A stretch of 64,000 nucleotides of DNA from Eledone cirrhosa (lineage: Eukaryota). Positions 11,645 to 21,676 of this stretch are shown here, in pieces. The stretch's first letter is position 1; each line of letters opens with the position of its first letter. Position numbers and translations under genes: made by a program. Where the stretch lies: the NCBI GenBank assembly GCA_964016885.1, contig OZ024742.1:336412001-336476000 (forward strand). Reading direction: 5' to 3'. The notes under the pieces are model-generated. The model was not told the DNA's origin. It saw only the letters and a program-made list of their open reading frames with translations, and made no database searches.

Positions 11645-11646
<2 letters not shown>
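7178..11646 (-). mobile_element. Family A copy A2, the longest copy, with a ~1 kb 5' leader
   Basis: Intact ORF bounded by (TTA)n at 7148-7177 and 11647-11709. Whether 10929-11646 is native leader is uncertain. Confidence 0.9.
7253..10645 (-). CDS. Family A polyprotein (1130 aa): RT, CCHC knuckle and RLE
   Basis: Motifs WTKELN..CY, KSPGPDG, YRPITCL, WIDYRKAFD, GIFQGDSLSP, FMDDLK, CRICGEREETVAHIVSEC, RHD and RPDLVVVD. Confidence 0.95.
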   Translation of the reverse strand: METRTSCDRLSPNRCPLAQQQEPDCQPNTADVGGRRRRKGARTNWTKELNRTVMQCYLKSNPKERGYRRQMHNIWNEIGLFKLDEQKLAGQARVIRTNGWISELELEELSRENGLEMAGVVCQTSEPAGNEGEEVLRTEEPPEADNDLNTEINNTWNRDTATEEMNADGLGQDSVDILNLVVDELNNDSGRPMNLRFVDRKKLKETTAKVNKVIPYLEARSLHQCNNILKATANTVRKLLGIKARGNNRQERAEPWWKKRLSGQIGEMRNDIGKLESLLNGTLKNIGTKNRLEIKYKTRSKKLNIIIEELKQRIVAKSAKIRRYENRVSQYKQNRMFDNNQKMLFGQLEGKERGNDLIPGAEQAKTFWRGIWEQDVRHNAQAGWIETVQREIGEQAQQQTDLSITVETLKGQAKKLTNWKSPGPDGVQGYWIKHLTSLHPKLTAMFNDCLVSGEVPEWLTKGTTVLIMKDRIKGNDVTNYRPITCLPVMWILLTSIVSEEIYHHLHTNNLLPDEQKGCRKKSRGTKDQLLIDKMVMGNCRRRHTDLAMGWIDYRKAFDMVPHSWITKSLEIFRVADNMRQWLGRSMGSWETELTSTGVSLGSVKIKRGIFQGDSLSPLLFVLALMPLTIMLRKVRAGYKLGRGEFTINHLLFMDDLKLFGKSEKELDVLVDTVRIFSSDICMQFGIGKCGVIVMKRGRLSRSNGIQIPTGEMIKEIDSDEGYKYLGVLEADGIKNKKMKELLRTEYIRRVRSVLKSHLNSRNAISAVNSRAVSIIRYSAGILRWNVAEQKEMDRKTRKLLTIYNMFHKRSDVDRLYLRRSEGGRGLISIEDCVQMEKNNLYKYVTYSKEPMLRAVLKEGTVGQGISKEEITSRRKSSLKGKSLHSTFFEKTEFRDPQTWNWLRRGDLKKATEGMLMAAQEQALKTKWLKHHIYKEEASPLCRICGEREETVAHIVSECKHLAQTHYKGWRHDVMGRVIHWHLCKVNNLPHSEKWYEHRPEAVMENSQVKVLWDFRIQTDKKLEHNRPDLVVVDKEKRSCLIVDVACPFDTRVQEKEREKINRYQDLKWEVKRIWNCHEVKVIPIVIGALGTISKGFQGWLKKIGPFTLFGTLQKACLLGTARTLRYVLNI

Positions 11647-11709
<63 letters not shown>
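11647..11709. repeat. Pure (TTA)n tract
   Basis: Read directly from the sequence. Confidence 0.97.
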
Positions 11710-11710
<1 letters not shown>

Positions 11711-11712
11711 AG

Positions 11713-12287
11713 TTGCATTTATCTTGCTTTATGTTCATACGAGTTATCACCAAGTCACAACCAGTGACCTCAAGAGACAACAAGGTCCGCCATGTTCAAG
11801 AAAGAACATACATATTCACACATGCATCTTTAGTGTTTAGACTTGTGATGTACTTATATTGACAGAATCTTCCTTAGTATATGGGCAGTTCCCATTAGTA
11901 CTATCTTTTGTATTTCTCCTATACGCGGGTTTCCTGGGATTTGCGATAAGTAATCATTAGACCCCTTAGTTCCCATTAGTACTATCTTTTGTATTTCTCC
12001 TATACGCGGGTTTCCTGGGATTTGCGATAAGTAATCATTAGACCCCAGAGCGCCTACAACCACTGGTAGTGTTTTAGTTCTCAATTTCCACATTTTTCCA
12101 ATTTCTATCTCCAGGTCCTTATACTTGCTCAATTTTTCAAATGTTTTTATAGATACATTCTTGTCTATAGGAACAGACATATCAATTAGCAGGCATACCC
12201 TCTTTTGAAAGTCTTTCAATATTATATCAGGTCTGTTTGCATCTATTTTTCGGTCTGTTTGGATGCTAAAGTTCCACAAGATTGAGA

Positions 12288-12288
<1 letters not shown>
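11713..12288 (-). mobile_element. 5'-truncated family B copy (B2) with an internal ~80-bp duplication and a 15-bp deletion
   Basis: Matches 2911-3420. ORF 11854-12279 repeats GSNDYLSQIPGNPRIGEIQKIVLMGT. Confidence 0.93.
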
Positions 12289-12354
<66 letters not shown>

Positions 12355-12359
12355 GTTAT
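12289..12359. repeat. (TTA)n tract
   Basis: Read directly from the sequence. Confidence 0.97.
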
Positions 12360-15300
12360 TCCTTGAATCTCAGTCATTGATGTTGGTTAACTGGAAAGTC
12401 CGTTGGAATGAATATCAAGCCACTACCTGCAGCCTCAGATATTCAGGACGTATCGCAGGGTTCTTGCTGTTCCAAGCAAGCATGCCTTTTGAAGCGTTCC
12501 AAAAAGCGTGAAGGGGCCGATTTTCTTTAACCATCCCTGGAAACTTTTGAAGATAGTCCCCAGTGCGCCTATGACAATCGGGATCACTTTGACTTCATGG
12601 CAGTTCCAAATCCTTTTCACCTCCCACTTTAGGTCCTGGTATCGGTTAATTTTCTCCCTCTCCTTCTCTTGCACTCTCGTGTCGAAAGGGCAGGCCACAT
12701 CCACAATCAGAGACGATCTTTTTTCTTTGTCCACAACCACCAGGTCAGGTCTATTGTGTTCCAGTTTTTTGTCCGTCTGTATCCTAAAATCCCACAGCAC
12801 CTTCACCTGATTGTTCTCCATCACCGCCTCTGGCCTATGCTCATACCATTTCTCAGAATGTGGTAAATTGTTTACTTTGCACAGGTGCCAGTGGATCACC
12901 CTTCCCATCACATCGTGTCTCCAGCCCTTATAGTGGGTATGGGCTAGGTGTTTACACTCGGACACAATGTGAGCCACAGTCTCCTCTCTCTCTCCACAGA
13001 TCCTGCACAGTGGGCTAGCCTCCTCCTTGTAAATATGGTGCTTCAACCACTTCGTTTTGAGGGCCTGCTCCTGCGCAGCCATTAGCATTCCCTCTGTAGC
13101 CTTTTTGAGGTCTCCTCTTCTCAACCAGTTCCATGTCTGTGGATCTCTAAATTCAGTTTTCTCAAAGAAGGTACTATGAAGGGATTTTCCCTTAAGGCTG
13201 CTCTTCCTCCTTGATGTTATTTCCTCCTTGGATATCCCCTGGCCTACTGTCCCCTCCTTCAGTACAGCTCTGAGCATTGGCTCCTTACTATAGGTCACGT
13301 ATTTGTATAGGTTGTTTTTCTCCATCTGAACACAGTCCTCTATGCTGATAAGACCTCTTCCACCCTCAGATCTCCTTAGGTAGAGTCTATCGACATCACT
13401 CCTCTTGTGGAACATGTTGTAGATAGTCAATAGCTTCCTAGTCTTCCTATCCATTTCTTTTTGTTCAGCAACATTCCATCTCAGAATTCCCGCACTGTAC
13501 CTAATAATAGACACAGCTCGGGAATTTACTGCGCTTATGGCATTTCTGCTGTTCAGATGTGACTTCAATACGCTCCTTACTCTCCGAATGTATTCAGTTC
13601 TTAACAATTCCTTCATTTTTTTGTTCTTTATGCCATCAACCTCCAGAACGCCCAAATACTTGTATCCTTCCTCAGAGTCAATTTCCTTTATCATCTCACC
13701 TGTTGGTATCTGGATCCCGTTACTTCTGCTCAACCTACCCCTCCTCATCACAATGACTCCACATTTACTAATACCAAACTGCATACATATATCACTTCTG
13801 AAAATACGGACAGTGTCAACAAGCACATCCAACTCCTTCTCACTTTTCCCGAAGAGCTTAAGATCGTCCATGAAGAGGAGGTGATTGATGGTAAGCTCTC
13901 CCTTTCCCAACTTGTATCCTGCTCTCACTTTTCGCAGCATAATGGTCAAGGGCATCAGGGCAAGGACAAACAACAGAGGGGACAGGCTATCTCCCTGGAA
14001 GATACCTCTCTTGATCTTCACGCTTCCCAACGATACTCCAGTTGATGTCAACTCTGTCTCCCAGGACCCCATACTCCTGCCCAGCAACTGTCTGATGTTA
14101 TCTGCCACCCTGAAGATCTCCAGGCTTTTGGTGATCCAAGAATGAGGCACCATGTCAAATGCCTTTCTGTAGTCTATCCATCCCATGGCAAGATCAGTGT
14201 GTCTCCTCCTGCAATTCCCCATTACCATCTTATCAATAAGTAACTGGTCCTTTGTACCACGTGACTTCTTTCGGCATCCTTTCTGTTCGTCCGGTAACAA
14301 GTTGTTTGTGTGGAGGTGATGGTAGATTTCCTCAGACACAATGCTCGTCAACAGTATCCACATTACGGACAGACATGTGATAGGTCTATAGTTGGCAACA
14401 TCATTACCCTTGATTCGGTCTTTCATTATCAGAACTGTGGTACCTTTTGTCAACCACTCTGGCACCTCACCCGACACCAAGCAGTCATTGAACATGGCCG
14501 TCAGCTTCGGGTGGAGGGATGTTAAATTTTTAATCCAATACCCCTGCACACCATCTGGGCCTGGTGATTTCCAGTTGGTTAGTTTTTTGGCCTGCCCCTT
14601 AAGAGTTTCAACTGTGATACTCAAATCAGTTTGTTGGTGTGCCTGCTCACCGATCTCCCTCTGTACTGTCTCAATCCACCCTGCCTGGACATTATGTCTA
14701 ACATCCTGCTCCCCTATTCCTCTCCAGAATGTTTTAGTTTGCTCCGCCCCAGGGATCAAGTCGTTGCCTCTTTCTTTCCCCTCAAGCTGTCCAAACAGCA
14801 TCTTCTGGTTGTTGTCGAACATGCGGTTCTGTTTATACTGACTGACTCTGTTCTCGTATCGCCTGATTTTTGCACTCTTTGCTACAATGCGTTGCTTCAG
14901 TTCCTCTATGATAATATTTAGCTTTTTCCTCCTAGTTTTGTACTTTATTTCCAGTCTATTTTTAGTGCCTATGTTTTTTAGTGTCCCATTCAGTAGTGAC
15001 TCAAGCTTTCCTATGTCATTTCTCATTTCCCCGATTTGACCACTCAGTCGTTTCTTCCACCACGGCTCTGCTCTTTCTTGTCTGTTGTTTCCTCTCGCTT
15101 TTATACCAAGTAGTTTCCTCACCGTATTTGCTGTTGCTTTGAGGATATTGTTGCACTGGTGAAGGCTCCTCGCCTCAAGGTATGGGATGACTTTGTTTAC
15201 CTTAGCTGTTGTTTCTTTTAACTTTTTCCTGTCTACAAATATTAGGTTTATAGGTCTCCCACTATCATTGTTCAATTCATCTACCACTAAATTTAGGATG

Positions 15301-16037
15301 TCAACCGAATCTTGTCCTAGCCCGTCAGCATTCATCTCCTCAGTGGCCGTATCTCTGTTCCAGGTATTATTTATCTCAGTATTCAGATCATTGTCTGCTT
15401 CGGGTGGTTCCTCCGTTCTCGGGACCTCTTCACCTTCATTTCCCACTGGCTCGCTTGTCTGGCATACTACACCCGCCATCTCCAAGCCATTCTCTCTGCT
15501 CAGTTCCTCCAGTTCCAGCTCGCTTATCCACCCATTAGTTCTTATTACCCGAGCCTGCCCGGCCAATTTTTGTTCATCTAATTTAAATAGACCAATCTCG
15601 TTCCAGATGTTATGCATCCGTCTCCTGTAGCCCCTCTCCTTGGGGTTACTTTTCAGGTAACATTGCATAACAGTTCTATTCAATTCTTTCGTCCAGTTGG
15701 TTCTGGCCCCTTTCCTTCTTCTTCTTCCTCCAACATCAGCAGTATTTGGTTGACAGTCAGGTTCCTGCTGCTGAGCCAGGGGGCACCTGTTGGGTGAGAG
15801 TCTGTCACATGACGTTCTAGTCTCCATTTCACCGTTATTCGAACTGTTTATGTTCGATATTTAAACACTCTTATCGAGGATTGGCGAATGTATGTTTACA
15901 TAGCCATCTGTGGATTCGCCGTTCCACTTGGCCCTTGTGTGGCATTATCACCACGCTGTATACGAACACACATAAACAAACAAACACACAGGCAGAAAGG
16001 GCCCCAAAAATGAATAAGCATAAGTTTCATTGTAATG
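12360..16037 (-). mobile_element. Family A copy A3, 5'-truncated within the leader
   Basis: Highly similar to A2 and ends in (TTA)n at 16038-16068. Confidence 0.93.
12435..15827 (-). CDS. Family A polyprotein (1130 aa), intact frame
   Basis: Same motifs as 7253-10645, with scattered substitutions such as FWRGIW>FWRGIG and CLPV>CLSV. Confidence 0.95.
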   Translation of the reverse strand: METRTSCDRLSPNRCPLAQQQEPDCQPNTADVGGRRRRKGARTNWTKELNRTVMQCYLKSNPKERGYRRRMHNIWNEIGLFKLDEQKLAGQARVIRTNGWISELELEELSRENGLEMAGVVCQTSEPVGNEGEEVPRTEEPPEADNDLNTEINNTWNRDTATEEMNADGLGQDSVDILNLVVDELNNDSGRPINLIFVDRKKLKETTAKVNKVIPYLEARSLHQCNNILKATANTVRKLLGIKARGNNRQERAEPWWKKRLSGQIGEMRNDIGKLESLLNGTLKNIGTKNRLEIKYKTRRKKLNIIIEELKQRIVAKSAKIRRYENRVSQYKQNRMFDNNQKMLFGQLEGKERGNDLIPGAEQTKTFWRGIGEQDVRHNVQAGWIETVQREIGEQAHQQTDLSITVETLKGQAKKLTNWKSPGPDGVQGYWIKNLTSLHPKLTAMFNDCLVSGEVPEWLTKGTTVLIMKDRIKGNDVANYRPITCLSVMWILLTSIVSEEIYHHLHTNNLLPDEQKGCRKKSRGTKDQLLIDKMVMGNCRRRHTDLAMGWIDYRKAFDMVPHSWITKSLEIFRVADNIRQLLGRSMGSWETELTSTGVSLGSVKIKRGIFQGDSLSPLLFVLALMPLTIMLRKVRAGYKLGKGELTINHLLFMDDLKLFGKSEKELDVLVDTVRIFRSDICMQFGISKCGVIVMRRGRLSRSNGIQIPTGEMIKEIDSEEGYKYLGVLEVDGIKNKKMKELLRTEYIRRVRSVLKSHLNSRNAISAVNSRAVSIIRYSAGILRWNVAEQKEMDRKTRKLLTIYNMFHKRSDVDRLYLRRSEGGRGLISIEDCVQMEKNNLYKYVTYSKEPMLRAVLKEGTVGQGISKEEITSRRKSSLKGKSLHSTFFEKTEFRDPQTWNWLRRGDLKKATEGMLMAAQEQALKTKWLKHHIYKEEASPLCRICGEREETVAHIVSECKHLAHTHYKGWRHDVMGRVIHWHLCKVNNLPHSEKWYEHRPEAVMENNQVKVLWDFRIQTDKKLEHNRPDLVVVDKEKRSSLIVDVACPFDTRVQEKEREKINRYQDLKWEVKRIWNCHEVKVIPIVIGALGTIFKSFQGWLKKIGPFTLFGTLQKACLLGTARTLRYVLNI

Positions 16038-16276
16038 TTATATTATTATTATTATTATTATTATTATTGGCGACCTACGTAGTAAATCGTATCATCGTGA
16101 GCTCCGCAAAGGTTTGTTATTTCCGTTTGTTAAAAATTGCCATTTATGGAAAATTTTATTGTTAACTGTTTATAAGCACACATACATTGTTTTCCGAAAA
16201 GGACACCCAAAAAGATTGGGGCCTTGTGCCCAAAATTTTAACTTTTATTATTATCCAAAAATTTCTTGGAAAAAAA

Positions 16277-18270
16277 ATGGCTAATTCCCCTCTGCACGAA
16301 GCAGCTGAAAGCCTTCCTCACAAAATAACACCTCACACCAACACCACCATTGTAAATGTTACTACTTTTGCCAACACAAAAAAAAAATATAAGCAGTAGC
16401 AATATTTTAAATTTGTCTCAGGCAGACATTCATTTCCCGCCATTACCAATGACTGCAGGTGTTAAAGCCTCCACCACCACCACCACCGCGACAACCACCA
16501 CCCCCACCACCACCGCGACAACAGAAACAAAAGAAGAAAAAAATAAATTAACTCGTGATGTCGAAATGAAATCAAGCAAAATGGACTCTTCCGCATCAAA
16601 GACGACTGACGTCACCACCACCACAACTGAAACTAAAATTAATATTAACACAAATAAAGATAGCAACAACAACAATGACATTATAAAACCGACCCTCAGT
16701 TTCGCCATAGTAGCAAAACAATTCGAAGCATTCACGGTAACTCAAGAGGATTTAGAAAATGCCAAACAAATGGTAAAGAAAGATGGGTACAGGGTCAGCC
16801 ACCCCCCCCCCCACCTAATAAAATGGAGCATCGGCGCCTATGCACCGTGTCGTATAGAACAATAAATGTAAAATCGCGCCGAGTGGAACGGGCATCCGAG
16901 TCCCAAATCCAAAAAGCTTTGGGACATGTGTGGGCAAGAAAAACCCACATCAGACGTGGGCAAAAGTATGGAACCGTGGATGTGTTCTTTGAAACACCAG
17001 AGGAGGCTAGAGAACACTCCATGGCCCCATTAAAAAGTGACGACTTCACACTCGTCCCAAGCTATTGTGGCCAGAGACTCGTAAAGATCAGGGTGACCCA
17101 AGTTCCACCGGCCATCGAAATTCCCTGGCTAATAGCGGCTGTCCTCGCCGGCATCGAAGCCAACACGAAAATAATAGCAATAGCAAAAGAAAAGCAGGAA
17201 AACTGGTCCGGATCTGGGATGGAACTCCTAATCCAAGCGGACCAAAAAAGCATTGAGGAGATCCCAGAGGTAATAGACCTCACTGACGGCAGCCACCTCA
17301 CGGTAATTGTCGAGGGCAGAAGACCTAGGTGTGTTGTTTGTGGTGAAGGAACCCACCTAAGGGCTTTCTGCCCTCAGGCTAAAAGGTTGAGGCCACCTCT
17401 CCTACCCACCCCAGTGACACAACCATCAACACCACCAGTAGCAGAGATGGCAGCAACAACTGTAGCAGCAACAACAGAAGCAACTATAACAGCAACAACC
17501 CCAGCAACAGTAGCAAAACCAACACCACTACCACCACCAGCAAAACCAACACCACCACCACCCAACGCTTCAGAACTAGCACCAGCGCATACTCCATCCA
17601 CCACACCACAACCAAAACTAACGGCTGTGGAGGATTTTCCACTCCCCGGCCTATCACAACTGGAGACAGATTGTGACGACGAGGAGTGGGAAACGATATC
17701 CGGAAAAAAAAAAGAAACCAAAAAAGAAAAAATTCTCTTCCTTCCCCCTCCAAAAACAAAATACAGAGGGAAACAAATAAACTAAGAAACAAAAAAGTTA
17801 GGACAGATATGCCACCATCCACACCAGCATCACCAACCCCATCAACCCAAACACCAACACCATCACCATCATTAACTCCAACACCACCATCACCTACACC
17901 AAAAAAATCACCAAAATGCGAAACAGAAACAAACCCACAACAAACGCAAACAAGACAAAACAACCAAAACGATACACACTACACAGCATTAAATTTGAAC
18001 AACAAGCAATTATTACACTACATCCAACACAACACCAGCATCACAGAAAAAGACTACACAACAACCCCAAAATTCACACCACCTCCACACATACAAATCA
18101 CTCGCATCACACAGAAAACGTACATGACACTAAAACAAAAATTCCCCAAAGACATCGGAGACTTCCGACAAGCACTCTCCAGGAGGATTTATAAGGACAT
18201 CCTTCCTGAGGAGGCCACAAGCAGTGAAAAGGATGGAAAAACCGTCCTTCCCCTACGAGAAGTAAGGTAA
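16277..18270 (+). pseudogene. Tx1 ORF1 (gag-like, Thr/Pro-rich, CX2CX4HX4C knuckle), split by three homopolymer frameshifts
   Basis: Consecutive ORFs 16187-16399, 16356-16865, 16823-17785 and 17686-18270 switch frame at the A run 16378-16387, the C run 16802-16812 and the A run 17704-17713. Knuckle reads CVVCGEGTHLRAFC. Confidence 0.75.
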
Positions 18271-18304
18271 GTGGTCTTTCCCATCTTTTCCACTCCTTTT
18301 CAAC

Positions 18305-20997
18305 ATGACCTCACTCAGAATAGGCAGCATAAATGCGCATTGCTTGGGGTCGTCATGGAAGCAGGGCCACCTGCTCAACGACCTCAGGTCACTAAACATA
18401 GATGTAGTGGCCATCAGCGAGACCAGAATCTCCGAAGCACAGGCTTTGGCACCGATCTTCGGCGGCTACGATGTGTACGCATCTCCCAGCCGTCCGGGAT
18501 CGGGGGGAGGAGTTGCTGTGCTTTTTCAGAGAGGTTTGGATCTTGCCATACGGGCCATCTTCCTGGACCCAGAAGGTAAGTTGGTGGTGCTGGACGTGAC
18601 CAGCGGAGACGGCCAAGCTTTCAGGTTAGTGGCCGTCTATGCCCCGACAGGAGCAGGGCGGCCTGATTTCTTCCGGCGTCTGGAGACCTTTCTTGGAACG
18701 TCCCGCTCTTTAGTGTTAGTGGGCGACTGGAACGGGATCTTAGATGCACGCTGGGATTGTGTGGGATTAGTGGATAGGGAAGGAGGGTGCAAGAGTCTCA
18801 CCAACCTGCTCAGACGTTTTGAACTGTCTGACAGGTACCGAATGGATTTCCCGAATGTACCAATGTGGACTTGGACAAATCGCATAGGGTCATCCAAGTC
18901 ATATCTAGATAGAGTATTTTGTAGGGAAATAGATAGGTCTAGCATAGGCTGTCCACAATTCAAGATAGTCAGCTACACGGACCACAAATTCGTGATCTGT
19001 GTGCTTGACTTAGATAGGCTTCATAGGCGAGGACCCGGCTACTGGAAGCTAAACGCGTCCTTACCAGCGCGCAAGGCCTACAGAGACCGGATTAGCGAAC
19101 TAGTTAAGCGGGCGTTGACGGAGGCCATCGTCAACAACAAGTGGTGGTTTGCTCTGAAAAGAGCAATTAGAATAGAGTCCATTAGGTTTAGTAAGACTTT
19201 AGCAATAGAGAAAAATAGAGCAAAGGGAGAACTAGTTAGAAAATTAGATGAGGCGCTTAGCAAAGGCATCGCGACCGACGTACTTGCGGCGAAATTGGCC
19301 CCTGACCAATTCTTCAATGCAAAGCACGAAGGCTGCGTTGTCAGAGCTAGGGTGCGTGCTCTCAGACACGAGGGGACGAAAGCCGTTCAATGGGCCCGAG
19401 TGGCGGAGGCGCGTCGTGGCAACAAAGCCACGATCCGGTCTTTGGTGGACCACGACGGGCGCATGCTACTCGATCCCGGGCAAATGTGTGAAGCTTTTCA
19501 GCGACACTTCGCTCAACTGTTCGGGGGCAGTGGCGGGCCGGATCGAGGGATGGACTTTAGTGTCTACCTCGACGGAATGCCGCGGCTTTCGGCCAGTGAG
19601 GCGGAGTGTTGCGAAAAGCCGATAACAACCGCTGAAGTACGGGATGCAATGACTAGTTGCACAAGGGGTAAATCGCCTGGTTTGGATGGTCTGCCCTATG
19701 AACTTTACGTACAAATGCCAAACTTGTTCGGAGGCCTCTTGGCGGACGTCTACTGCAACTGGCAACAGAACGGGAGAATTCCCAGCTCTGTGAGCCGAGG
19801 AGCGGTGGCGCTGCTGAGAAAGGATCCGAACAAGGGGGATAACATAGATAATTTTAGGCCCATAACTCTGCTAAACACAGAGTTCAAGATTTTGGCCAAG
19901 GTGCTAGCAAAGAGGTTGGCGCTTGACGTTGGTGGTCTGGTGGGAGAGGCACAGACATGCGCCATTCCCGACAGATCCATCCACGACAACCTCCACCTCA
20001 TGCGATACAGCGTAGAGAGGGTAGCTAGGGAACCTGGCAGGGGTGGGTCTTTGATCAATTTAGATCAATCGAAAGCCTTCGATAGGGTCGACCATCGTTA
20101 CCTAGCGGCAGTCCTGAGGGCGGCTGGCTTTGGGCCCGTCTTCAGAGGCTGGATCGCTGCCATGCACAGCGACATCTGCTCTGTAGTGAGAGTGAACGGT
20201 CACCTTTCGGAACCGTTCAACATCATGCGCTCGGTCCGCCAAGGATGTCCCCTCTCGTCCCTATTGTACGTATTGACTCTCGAGCCATTACTGCACAAAC
20301 TGGAGACGTTGAGGGGGGTCCCGCCCTCGACCAATCGGGAAATGTGATCGGTGGAAACTACACCTTGGCGTTCTATAGAGGATTAGTGGAGGATAAGAGC
20401 GACGACGTACTTGGGGAAACTCTAGGCGTCGACGAAAATCAACTAGCCAATCTCTTCGGAAGAACTTTCGAGCCAGGGCCTATGGACAACTTCCAGAAAT
20501 CCCTGGCCTGGCAGTGCTACCGAGGAACTTTGCCAGTTCGGGATAAACTCTACAGGCATGGAGGTGCCGTCAGCCGGGCATGTCCGAGATGCGCGCAGGG
20601 CGACGAAACCGTCCTGCACGCAGTCTTCCAGTGTCCGAGCATTGCTGACTTGTGGGTTTATGTCGAACACCTGCTGTAGCGTGTAGGACGGATCCGGCTA
20701 TCAGCTAAGTCCATCGTGAGGATTGCCCCGCCCTCTTCCTTTAGCCGGGAAGGGCAGGCAATTTTTATCTGTCTAGTGGCCATGGCGAAAGAGATAGTAT
20801 GGTGGACACGTTTGAAAGGGCTGAAGACGAGCACTTACCTCTTCGGTGATGCCCTGATTAACTTTTTCAAATTTCATTTGAAAAGGAAAATCAGGGTAGA
20901 GAGGGAAGTGCTCTCTTCCCAGCATTTTGTTGAAAGATGGGTGAGAGAGGCAAGAATGGCCCGAGTAAATGGGCCTACTCTGAGTATGTGTCTGTAA
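18305..20997 (+). pseudogene. Tx1 ORF2 (APE, RT, zinc finger) with an internal deletion removing YADD and a nonsense codon
   Basis: APE motifs ISETR, VYAP, GDWN, LDRVF and TDH. RT motifs KSPGLDG, FRPITLL, LDQSKAFD and QGCPLS. At about 20320 it jumps to the C-terminal region (CPRCAQGDETVLHAVFQC). TAG at 20677. Confidence 0.88.
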
Positions 20998-21290
20998 ATT
21001 AAAGCTGGAAAACTGGGAGAGGGCACTTGCCCTGGTGGTTAGGGTCACTGTGGCCTTTTAATGGGCTTTCTCCACAAATGTCCCTCGGAAGTCTCCCCCC
21101 TATTGGGGAATCTTTCTTTGTTATTTTATTACATCCTCTGTTTTTTTACACGCAGAAATGCCCATTTGTACCGTCCTGTATTGTCCTGTACTGTCCTTAA
21201 TGTCTACTTTATGTAAACCCTTGTGGTTAATAAAGAAAACGTTATTATTATTATTATTATTATTGTTATTATTATTATTATTAATGAAAG

Positions 21291-21478
21291 GGTAGTGGAT
21301 TGTCAGTATCGGTAGAAGGTCGGACGCCATACTTTGCAGTATATAGTTACGGCCTTTTACGTTTTGAGTTCAAATCCTTTCGAGGTTAACTTTGCCTTTC
21401 ATCCTTACGGGGTCGATAAAATAAAGTACCAGTAATATACTCAGATCATTCCTGGCCTTGTGCCAAAAGTAAAAACAA
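21291..21478 (+). mobile_element. tRNA-headed SINE with a Meta-domain-like core
   Basis: B-box-like GAGTTCAAATCC, core TTTGCCTTTCATCCTTACGGGGTCGATAAAATAAAGTACCAG and tail GGCCTTGTGCC..AAAC-ATT. The flank ATTAATGAAAG recurs at 21280-21290 and 21689-21699. Confidence 0.85.
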
Positions 21479-21489
21479 TTATCATTAAT

Positions 21490-21676
21490 TGTTTCTACTT
21501 TAGGCACAAGGCCAGCAATTACCCAGTGCATTACTGGTACTTTATTTTATCGACCCCGTAAGGATGAAAGGCAAAGTCAACCTCGGCGGGATTTGAACTC
21601 AGATCGTAAAGGGACGTAACTATGCTGGAAAGCATGGCGTCCGACCCTCTACCGATACTGCCAATCCACCGCCCTT
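21490..21676 (-). mobile_element. Same SINE family, inserted in reverse into the tail of the previous copy
   Basis: 18-bp TSD AAAACAATTATCATTAAT at 21472-21489 and 21677-21694. Confidence 0.88.

Larger units (their letters stand above)
16069..21240 (+). mobile_element. Tx1/L1-group APE-RT non-LTR retrotransposon, near full length but defective, inserted in (TTA)n
   Basis: ORF1 has a gag-type knuckle; ORF2 has APE, RT and a C-terminal CCHC. AATAAA at 21229-21234 runs directly into (TTA)n, and (TTA)n also lies at the 5' side. Confidence 0.88.

Noticed and set aside
15-15797. Many plus-strand ORFs of 60-150 aa over families A and B
   Set aside because: They are antisense shadows of the RT ORFs and recur only because the elements are repeated.
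1689-21283. Telomeric retrotransposon array or CRISPR-like array
   Set aside because: The spacers are TTA rather than TTAGGG or TTAGG, there is no sign of a chromosome end, and there is no repeat-spacer structure or cas gene.
21291-21380. tRNA genes at SINE heads
   Set aside because: There are only A/B-box-like motifs with no complete cloverleaf, and the sequence continues into the SINE core.
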